Source of the DNA: Callorhinchus milii
Lineage: Eukaryota
NCBI RefSeq assembly: GCF_018977255.1
Contig: NW_024705393.1
Location: 1 to 48,925, forward strand
DNA: 48,925 nt
Direction: 5' to 3'
The notes beneath the pieces were generated by a model. The model was not told the DNA's origin, ran no database searches, and saw only the letters and a list, made by a program, of their open reading frames with translations. A program made the translations under genes and the position numbers. How positions within the stretch are numbered: position 1 is the first letter of the stretch; every line of letters begins with the position of its first letter. Positions 38,286 through 48,925 of the stretch are shown one piece after another.

Positions 38286-38464
38286 TACACACACACAGTG
38301 TGTACACACACACACACGGTGTGTACACACACACACAATGTACACACACACACACAATAATGTCCACGTTGTTGAGCTGAGCTCACACACCCAAGGGGTC
38401 CCTGTTCAAGGGAGGGAGCGATGAAAAATGAATCTAAATCAACTTAAACTTCAACCCCGCTCTG

Positions 38465-39029
38465 TGACGTCACCATTCAGCATGACCTCATCGGTGTGAA
38501 ACGCCAGCGGGAGGTGTTCCTCGCTAGTGGCGTCATGTCACCAAAGTATTCACCCCACCCCGCCCAACGGGCCCTTGAGCGTGACGTCATCTCTGCCTGG
38601 GTCACTTCCGTTATCTGTTCAAGTACTATGCTTATTTGGGCAAAGCCACACCCATTAACAGGCAGCTCATTTTTCTTACGTTTTTCGGTAAAGTCACCTA
38701 CGTGACTTTACCGAAAAAACCTAAGAATATGAATCCTTGCAGTCACGAAAGCTTCAAATCTAGAATTAGGCAGCTCATTAACAGGTGGTTCATTAACATA
38801 ATTTATTCGTGAAAGACGTCACGAGTTCGTTGTGACCTGTTCGGCACCCACGCCCATCCCTCCACGTGTGGGCCAGGCTCAATAACATAATTTATGTAAG
38901 TTACAGAGCCGCTCATTGTGGGAGGGGAGTGTCTTGTACCACGCAAGTGACGTTATGTCACCTGCTGCTGCCGCGTGACGTCACGAGGTAACGGAAAGTT
39001 GCCGCTCCGCGCGGGAACTGAAATCCGAG
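38465..39029 (+). promoter_or_regulatory. Rearranged CRE/ETS promoter and first exon, unit 4
   Basis: TGACGTCA at 38465, 38582 and ~38976; CACTTCCG at ~38603; donor CCGAG|GTGAGA at 39029/39030. Confidence 0.55.
38672..38767. mobile_element. Short Penelope-like pLTR 3' end with inverted partial copy
   Basis: TTTTCGGTAAAGTCAC / GTGACTTTACCGAAAA palindrome then GCAGTCACGAAAGCT; 12-bp flanking repeat AGGCAGCTCATT (38660, 38768). Confidence 0.7.
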
Positions 39030-39252
39030 GTGAGAAATTCTCATCGCGGTTGTGGTGGTTGTGGTGGTGGTTGTGGTGGTGGTTGTGGTGGTTGTTTACC
39101 GAGGTAGAGCCTCGCTCTCTCTCTCGTAGGGATTTTATTTGAGTAGCAGCGAGCATGGAAGCGATGTCCAGATTGGAACTTTACAACGCGGGGCCTTGCC
39201 TCCTGCCCTCGCCTGGTCGCGTTCGCTTCAATTCTCTCGCTTAGTTTAGCAA

Positions 39253-39498
39253 TTTCGATTTAAAGCTTTCGTGACTGCAGTGATTCATCTCCTTGGTTCT
39301 TTTGGTAAAGTCACATAGAATGGAAATAATAAAATACAAATTTTTTAAACAAAATAATACAAATAAAACATAACATTTTATTATGTTTTATATCACGTAG
39401 AATGGAAATAATAAAATAATAAAACTAATATTAGGTTTTATATGTTTATTATTTTATTATTTCCATTCTACGTGACTTTACCGAAAGAACCAAGAAGA
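39253..39498. mobile_element. Short Penelope-like inverted-end insertion
   Basis: AGCTTTCGTGACTGCAG..GGTAAAGTCAC then inverted GTGACTTTACCGAAAG; 11-bp flanking repeat TAGTTTAGCAA (39242, 39499). Confidence 0.7.
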
Positions 39499-39550
39499 TA
39501 GTTTAGCAACCTGTGAAAGAACGCGATCAGCCAGGCGATGCGTTAGTTGT

Positions 39551-39854
39551 GTTAACTCTAGATGTGACGCTTTCGTGACTGCAGGATTCATACTCTTAGG
39601 TTTTTTTCGGTAAAGTCACCATGTAGGTAAAAAATGAAATAAAAATTCATAAAAGTAACAATAGAAATAAAATATGAAATAAATCACGACGTTTCGGAGG
39701 CAACACAAGTCTCCGTCATCAGGTGGCACCGTCACAGCCAGATTTGCTGCATCAAGTGAGGCGTGATTTTTTATTTATTTCTATTTTTACTTTTATTAAT
39801 TTTAAATTCATTTGTTACCTGCATGTTGACTTTACCGAAACAACCTAAGAGTCT
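39551..39854 (-). mobile_element. Penelope-like inverted-end insertion carrying a hammerhead motif
   Basis: Same terminal motifs; GTTAGTTG repeated at 39542 and 39855. Confidence 0.65.
39685..39725 (-). ncRNA. Minimal type I hammerhead ribozyme motif, divergent variant
   Basis: Reverse complement CAC-CUGAUGA-C-GGAGAC-UUGUGUU-GCCUCC-GAAAC-GUC-GUG. Confidence 0.8.
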
Positions 39855-39970
39855 GTTAGTTGGTGTGTTGACCGACTCTCTGTGTTGCATTACATTTGAA
39901 ATGTTAAGTTTGTTTGATTAAGTGTCTCTCTCTGTGTGCAGTCACCAAAGCTCCAAATCTCTCATTGACA

Positions 39971-40553
39971 CAAGGCCGTAATTATAATGTTATAATAATG
40001 ATAATATATAAATTATAATGTTATAATAAATATAATATATATTAATTATAATGTTATAATAAGTATAATATGTTATAATAATTATAACATGTTATAATAA
40101 TCATAATATGTTATAATAATTATAATAATCAAATATGCCCCTCCAATATATTGCTGTAAAATATTTGTAAATAATAATTGCGATGCTCTGTTAATAAAAA
40201 CAACAATTTGCTAAACCTTGGCCACGAAATCTGGACTTGTCTTCATATAACAATGCATAGATTTCTGTTTATATGATTGCGTTGTACTTTATGAATCCCT
40301 AATCTCTGCCATTACATACTATGAAACAAGAAAAGGTAAAAAAGAAAAAACAGCAATGTAATACAATACACTATTAGACATTATTGTATAAAATAAAAAA
40401 AATTCCATCCCATGTGTTAGTGAACTTTTACAAATATTTTAGGGAGGAAAATGCAGGAAATGAGTTATCAAATTTAGATATTTTTCTGGGGGGGACCCCA
40501 GACCCCCTGCAAGATTTGGTCCCCCCAATGTTGACTCCGTGGCTACGGCCTTG
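39971..40553. mobile_element. Non-autonomous hAT-type DNA transposon, 583 bp
   Basis: TIRs CAAGGCCGTA / TACGGCCTTG and exact 8-bp TSD CATTGACA (39963, 40554); contains a TTATAA-rich repeat. Confidence 0.85.
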
Positions 40554-40631
40554 CATTGACATGCTAATTTCTCTACCCCCCCTCTCTACCCCCCCCTCTC
40601 TCTCTAAGGCCTCGACACAGGCGTTGTTTCT

Positions 40632-40868
40632 TTGTGTGTCTCTGTGTGTGTGTCTCTCTCTGTGTCTGTCATGTCTCTGTGTGTGTCTCTCTCTGTGTGT
40701 CTGTGTCATCTCTCTGTGTGTCTCTGTGTGTCTCTCTGTGTCTCTGTGTCATCTCTCTCTGTGTGTCTATGTGTGTGTCTCTCTCTCTCTGTCTTTCTGT
40801 CATCTCTTTCTGCTTATGTGTCTGTCTATGTGTCTCTGTGTCTCCGTGTCTGTGTTTTGTCTCTCTCT
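40632..40868. repeat. Degenerate (TG/TC)n microsatellite within an older pLTR remnant
   Basis: Directly visible. Confidence 0.9.
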
Positions 40869-40991
40869 CAAATTGAGAAATCTTTGGAAGAACGTTATCA
40901 ACCTGTTGGGGTGTTGACTGTTATGTTAGCTGACTCTCTGTGTTGTATTGCATTACATTTCTAAGTTTACTAGGTTTTTTTTCTTTCATTT

Positions 40992-41034
40992 GTACCTGAT
41001 GATGATTGCTTGTGTTGCAATTGAAACGTTGTAT
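40992..41034 (+). ncRNA. Minimal type I hammerhead motif, decayed (GUU cleavage triplet)
   Basis: GUAC-CUGAUGA-U-GAUUGC-UUGUGUU-GCAAUU-GAAAC-GUU-GUAU; two CpG-type changes relative to 12795. Confidence 0.7.
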
Positions 41035-41379
41035 GCTATTTGCACACAGTGTTGGTTTTAGGTGCTTTTTGTGGAATATTTTGCTGTTTTTCCCTGGATT
41101 TTCATGTTTGCACAGTCACATAGTCACTTTAAGATGTTTTCTCGTTCATGTTTTTGTTTGTTGCGGTTGCATCCGATTCAAGAGCCGAATGGCTCACGGG
41201 GCTATACCAAATAAATGAAACTGAAACTACAATATTATTTATTTATTTATTCTACGTGACTTTTCCGAAAGGACCAAAGAGTATCTTGCTTAAGTTTTAA
41301 TTTCTCTTCACCTGGCTCGCTACTTTGTAACTTTGTTTTATTTTAAATATTCGCAGTTTTTTTTTTCATTTTTTACCAG

Positions 41380-41449
41380 GCCACGCCCGCTTGAGCTGCT
41401 GTACCGCTCTTGTTTTCAGAAGCGACCTGCCCACAACAACAATAACAAG
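41380..41449 (+). other. Putative short 5'-UTR exon, unit 4
   Basis: TACCAG| and AAG|GTGAGG boundaries. Confidence 0.55.
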
Positions 41450-41465
41450 GTGAGGCTTGTCAACA

Positions 41466-41715
41466 GCGTGGCGGTGTTCACTCTGGACGCGTGGCGGTGT
41501 TCACTCTGGACGCGTGGCGGTGTTCACTCTGGACGCGTGGCGGTGTTCACTCTGGACACGTGGCGGTGTTCACTCTGGACGCGTGGCGGTGTTCACTCTA
41601 GACGCGTGGCGGTGTTCACTCTAGACGCGTGGCGGTGTTCACTCTGGACACGTGGCGGTGTTCACTCTGGACGCGTGGCGGTGTTCACTCTGGATGCGTG
41701 GCGGTGTTCACTCTC
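41466..41715. repeat. 23-bp minisatellite, ~11 copies
   Basis: Units every 23 bp from 41466 to 41696. Confidence 0.95.
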
Positions 41716-42329
41716 TGCATGTGGAGTGGGGAGAACCGGGGGATCCGGAGGGAAATCCACGCGACCACAGGAAGAGAGAAAGACACACAAACTAAATATA
41801 CAGCAGGCATCAGGGTTGGGATGAATCCACGACTTCCTGTATGCCAGGAGAGGTAGTTAACATCTCACCACGGGGAGCGAGAGAGACACGCAGCCTCGGC
41901 GATGTTGATTAATCCTCATTGAATTACTTTGTGGAGTCAGGAAGCATTAATAGTGAGTGGATGAAGGTGGTTAGGCATGGGTCTGGACACACCTCTTAAC
42001 CATGCCAGTGTGTGACAGTGTAAAGTTTGTGTTTGCAGTTAAGTCTATTAACTCTATTGAACACGGAGGTTATACTGTATCACAACAATAGTTTGTTTTT
42101 GTTTTCCTCTGGAACTTTATAAGAATGGAAACAGTCAAGAAGTTAACACAGCACACACATGCAGCTGAAGTCAGATCTGTTCATCCCAGCATTCAAGGAC
42201 ATCGTGAGTCTGGCTGGCTTCACACCTCTAAGTTGCGATTGAACATTAATTTATGCATTTTTGCATAACACAAATAGTATTATTTTCAACACCTTTTGCT
42301 ATGTCAGCTAAATTTAGCTTTCATAAATA

Positions 42330-42909
42330 CAGTGATCCCTCGTTTATCGCGGTTAATGGGGACCGGAACCCCCCGCGATAAGTGCAAATCCGCGAAGTAG
42401 GATTGGCCCCCCTAGGAATTTCCGTATATGTGTGTGTGGGTACCAGAATGTTTAAAATATGTATATTTATACTTTATATATATTTTACTTAAATCTATTT
42501 AACTAGCTGTACTACCCGGCTTCGTCCGGGACTTGTATCCACCACGGCCGGCCGCCTTTGTATATATTTTACTTAAATCTATTTAATTATAAAACCTTAA
42601 TATTATACATTCACTCTCTCTCATACGATACGTATTATGGTGTTCTACACTCACCAGTTAATTTCGAACACAACACTAAGATACGCGAGACACAGTTGAC
42701 AGCATGAACGAGAGTGGCGAGATACAACAAGGGAATAAGCTGGGAGAGGATGCGATGATGCGCAGCCAATCAGCTCACGGGATACTGTACATCCACTCGT
42801 GCTCTCATTCGTCGATCTCGCGCCGGGAACCAATTACGTGCCTTGTCTGAAAAATCCACGATGCACTGAGGCCGCGAAACTTGAACCGCGAAGTGGCGAG
42901 GGATTACTG
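42330..42909. mobile_element. pogo/Tigger-like (Tc1/mariner superfamily) MITE, 580 bp, in intron 2
   Basis: TA|CAGTGATCCCTCG ... CGAGGGATTACTG|TA; empty site CATAAA-TA-TTCC at ~33014 in unit 3. Confidence 0.88.
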
Positions 42910-43208
42910 TATTCCTTTTGTAGCTAAACAGCCAAAATTGTGTGCTCGGAGTTTTAGGTTTAACATTCATTTTGAAGATTCGACGGCTTCCTGGCATGTT
43001 TATGACCATTCGCCCTCTCATTGTGTGCCAGAACAGCCCGTGTGATGAATTTGGGAATCTTTTTCACTATATCATGAATATATGAATAAGTGTCGACTTC
43101 TAAGTCATGTGTTACCGTGTAAATATGCATTCCTCTGTGCATCGATACTGATGTGGATATAACTTTTTTTCTGTCTGCAGCTGTCGCTTCCTCTGCAGAC
43201 TTGGTCTG

Positions 43209-44749
<1,541 letters not shown>

Positions 44750-46311
44750 GCCTGAGACGATGTTGCTCCAATAGATGCACCTTTGTCACAGGCTATTAAT
44801 GACAAGAATGAAGTTGAACACTCAATTCCTAGGTTCAACTTGCAGTAAGAGTGGCAGTCTGTGTGGACCTGTGTGTTGGGTAGATCTCTAACCAGGAGCG
44901 AGAGTCAATAAGCTCCCAAGCATTCGCTATGTTATCAATTGCATTTATATGGTGCTTGCTTAATCGCCTCGGCAACTCGGAGTTTTGTATCGTATCTCGT
45001 TCAAACACTCGAAGAGCATCCCCAAGTAGCAGCTGCCCCTGTGTGGCACAAGGTGGTGGCCCTGCACCGGCCTGCATGTGGACAAGAGCCTGTCAGTAGG
45101 GGGCGATGGTTGATGTGGCATCTAGTTGTGGAGTTTGTAGGTAATGTTTAGAATTTGCTCAATTTTGACCCAGATGCCAGCATGCAATGGCCTACTCGTT
45201 TTGAATGGTGCATTAGTATGTTGTACATACACTGTTAAGCAGACGGTGCGTATTTTTTTAATTAGCTTCTTGTTATAGGATGTAACCTAATGCAGTATAT
45301 TTCAGTGCAGTAATTCAATTTTGTTAATATGCCTGTCAATAATTTAGAATGAATACTTGTCTGATGGTGTGCGTACATGTACATTTTGTCTATAAGGGTC
45401 AAACATTGAATAAGTGATGTTAGGACAAAGTGTGTGTTTTGCAAGTAACCTGTACAGATCACTCAGGTGAGACTCATTGTTCTTGTGATACAGGTCAAAG
45501 GGTACTTTTGTGTTTTCAGGAAGCATCTCCCTCTGGAGCAACTCATTGTCTTTGAAATAGGGAGCACACTCGATCATTAATCAGTTACAAGGCATACCAC
45601 TCAAAAGTTACACGTAGAGGATATCATTCTCAACAACACGAATTATAATTTTGTCTTACGTGTTGACGTAGATTTTGTCTAACTAGGACGAGAAATACTC
45701 CTTGCTGATTAACGTCTGGATGTTCGTAACTATCGGTTGAAGCAACCCGGCTGCTCTTGAGACGCTGTGCACCAATAAGGGTCCACAGGTGGCTTGCACT
45801 GAATCAATGACGCACTCCCAGAAGGCTGTGCTAGTTATAGTTTGTTGTAAACATTCCTTTGTTTCGTGGAGAGATCGATAAATGAAAGATGTGTCTGCTG
45901 ATCTGCTTCATAGCAAGGAGGTAATTTTAAGAGCACATTTGAAATGCATTTTTGGTACAGATTTGTATTCGGTTACAAGGCAGAGCACATCTAGTAGATA
46001 CATTCTGCACAACAACACTCATTAGAATTTGCATGACGTCTTATATGTTGGCGAACTAGGACAAGAAATGGTCCTTGCCGATTAACGTCTGGATGTTCAC
46101 AACCATGGTTGAAGCAAGCCTGACCGCCTGCGGCGCCCTCACAACCATTTATGGCCTTGGGCCAGGAAAGTCACGAAGAAAATTGCGCACGAACGACGCA
46201 TTCACGCAAACTCCCGATGCTCCGTTTTGAAGTTTTAAAATGAAACAACTTTGAATTGTATTATGTTTTGCATTTGATACTTGTATTTCTTCATTAAAAG
46301 CTGATATCATT

Positions 46312-46638
46312 TTTCATCTGGAAGACTTCATTGAAAATGACATTTCGTGTGAATTTTCTCTCGTCGTTAAGTAGATGGCCTTACCGGGTTCGGTTCGATG
46401 CGGACTTTCACCTGGTTGGGATCGCGGGGTGGAGATAAGGCGACACAGAGCTGGCCGTGCCAGAAGACCGCCGTCTGCAGATCGATTCCAACGCGATCGA
46501 ACGTCTGTCCCCGCTCCTCCGTCGTTCATGTAGGGGGCGCGTAGGTTTGCAGCGCCTCCTGCATAAAACGACGGAAAGTGCAGGTTCACACAGATGAAGT
46601 TGTGTGCTTATATAAGAGTACTCGCGGGAAGTACCCGG
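46312..46638 (-). mobile_element. Helitron helicase C-terminal remnant
   Basis: Near-identical to 28811-29140. Confidence 0.8.
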
Positions 46639-47862
46639 CGTGAATTTCCCACCTTTTATCGTAATCTATAGGATACTAAGGCTAAGCACACCCGAGGATT
46701 GCACTTTTGTTGAAAAATGAAGTTGCAAATATTTGTCCATTATTGGCCAAAAACGGCATAGGTTAGTATGCCGATTTTCTATATTGGGACGTGCACATTT
46801 CATCATAAAATGTTCACTTTTAATCTAATACATAGCATACTAAGGGTAAATACAATTGATGAATGAACTTTTTGTTGAAAAAGAAAGCTATGAAAATTTG
46901 GCTTATTTTGGTTAAAACCGGCATAAGTATCCCCGATTTTATTTTTGGGGCGTGAAAATTTAATCGTGAAATTTCCCACTTTTAAAGTAATATAGAGCAT
47001 ACAATGCTTACAAAATGGAGGAATTCACTTTTTTGGAAAATCTAGCTATGAAAATTGAGCAAATTTTGGCCAAGAACGCATTGGTAAAGTATGCCGATTT
47101 GATGTTTTTACTTAAATTTAATGGTGAAATTTCTCCTTTTAATGTAATATATAGACTACTCAGGCTAAACACAACCGAGGAATGCACTTTTTGTAAAAAA
47201 TACAGCTGTAAAAATTCGTTACATTTTAGCCAAAAACGGCAGAGGTTAGTATGTCGATTTTTTGTTGGGACGTGAACATTTCATCGTGAAATTTTCCACT
47301 TTTAATCTAATACATATCATACTAAGGCTAATACAATGGAGCAATGAACCTTTGTCGACAAATAAGGCTGTGAAAGTTTGGCCAATTTTGGCCGATTTTA
47401 TTTTTTTACTTTAAAATTTCATGGTGAAATTTACCACTTTTTTTACGTAATATATAGAATACTAAGGCTAAGCACACCCGAGGATTTACTTTTGTTGAAA
47501 AATGAAGCTGTAAAAATGTGCCCATTATTGGCCAAAAACGGCATTTTATCTAACACATGGCATACTAAGGTAAATACAATAGAGGAATTAACTTTCGTCC
47601 TAAAATAAAACTGTGAAAGTTGGGCTTATTGAGCCTAAAAACGGCACAGTATGCCGATTAACTTTTTTACATTCGAAAATTTCATGCATGAAATTCCCCA
47701 CTTTTTAACGTATATATAGGCTACTCAGGCTAAACACAACCAAGGAATGCACTTTTCGTTGAAAAATAAAGCTGAAAATTTTGATCGATTTTGCCAAAAA
47801 ACGGCCTAGGTTAGTATGGCGATTTTCCTTTCATGGATGTGAAAATGTCATCGTGAAATGTC
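46639..47862. repeat. ~160-bp satellite array, fourth block
   Basis: Near-identical to 29141-30400. Confidence 0.9.
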
Positions 47863-48102
47863 GCCAGCGGTGTGCTGGAGAGCCAAGCCACAACATCTAC
47901 AAAGTGCTGCTCATAGCGAGTAGCAGCACCGGTGGAGGTCGTCACGGCACACACAGAGGGGGTGGGTGGCCAGCTCCACGCCCGGCCGCCTTTGTCTCCC
48001 CAGTGCTGGCGATGTTGACACATCGCACCGGGGACTCGTTTGAGGCCGTATCGACAACGCCGCTCCCTTCTGTCAACAAACTTGAACTCTAACCCCGCTC
48101 TC

Positions 48103-48244
48103 TGACGTCACCGCTCAGCGTGACCTCATCGGCATCAAACGCCAGGGGGAGGTGTACATCGCAAGTGACGTCATGTCACCTGCTGCCGCGTGACGTCACT
48201 AGGGACCAGGAAGTTGCCGCTCCGCCCGTGAACTGAAATCCGAG
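48103..48244 (+). promoter_or_regulatory. CRE/ETS promoter and first exon, unit 5
   Basis: Three TGACGTCA, CAGGAAGT, donor CCGAG|GTGAGA. Confidence 0.6.
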
Positions 48245-48262
48245 GTGAGAAATTATCATCGC

Positions 48263-48925
48263 GGTTGTGGTGGTGGTTGTGGTTGTGGTGGTTGTGGTGC
48301 TTGTGGTGGTGGTGGTGCTTGTGGTGGTGGTGGTGCTTGTGGTGGTGGTGCTGCTTGTGGTGGTGGTGCTGCTTGTGGTGGTGGTGGTGCTTGTGGTGGT
48401 GGTGGTGCTTGTGGTGGTGGTGGTGCTTGTGGTGGTGGTGGTGCTTGTGGTGGTGTGGTGCTGCTTGTGGTGGTGTGCTGCTTGTGGTGGTGGTGCTGCT
48501 TGTGGTGTGGTGCTGCTTGTGTGTGCTGCTTGTGGTGGTGGTGCTGCTTGTGGTGCTTGTGGCTGCTGTGCTGCTTGTGGTGCTTGTGGTGCTGCTTGTG
48601 GTGCTTGTGGTGCTGCTTGTGGTGCTGCTTGTGGTGCTGCTTGTGGTGCTGCTTGTGGTGCTGCTTGTGGTGCTGCTTGTGGTGCTGCTTGTGGTGCTTG
48701 TGGTGCTGCTTGTGGTGCTTGTGGTGCTGCTTGTGGTGCTGCTTGTGGTGCTTGTGTGCTGCTTGTGGTGCTTGTGGTGCTGCTTGTGGTGCTTGTGGTG
48801 CTGCTTGTGGTGCTTGTGGTGCTGCTTGTGGTGCTTGTGGTGCTGCTTGTGGTGCTTGTGGTGCTGCTTGTGGTGCTTGTGGTGCTGCTTGTGGTGCTTG
48901 TGGTGCTGCTTGTGGTGCTTGTGGT
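48263..48925. repeat. GTGGTGCTT / GTGGTGCTGCTT simple repeat running off the window
   Basis: Directly visible; duplicate of 30801-31866. Confidence 0.95.

Overview
Eukaryotic (metazoan) repeat-rich genomic DNA, not prokaryotic. The native sequence is a tandem cluster of KRAB-less C2H2 zinc-finger genes on the + strand: four coding copies (3804, 26876, 33312, 43209) and the promoter of a fifth at 48.1 kb. The repeating unit is: ~160-bp satellite array, CRE/ETS promoter, G/T-rich intronic microsatellite, short non-coding exon, 23-bp minisatellite, single coding exon (84-bp finger array plus a tail of tandem psi-K-x-E motifs), 3' region, then a decayed Helitron helicase C-terminus on the - strand. 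Many mobile elements interrupt it: Helitron Rep/helicase remnants, a 3.3-kb TG..CA solo-LTR-like insert, a hAT element, a pogo/Tigger-like MITE, and several Penelope-like pseudo-LTR insertions carrying four minimal type I hammerhead ribozyme motifs, one pair inside a ~1.47-kb palindrome. 26116-~31.9k is a near-identical duplicate of 42449-48925. After a 30-N gap, 13338-26115 is a featureless block of about 50% GC that looks like random or shuffled sequence; I found no biology in it and treat it as a probable artefact. All calls are by eye, with no database search.
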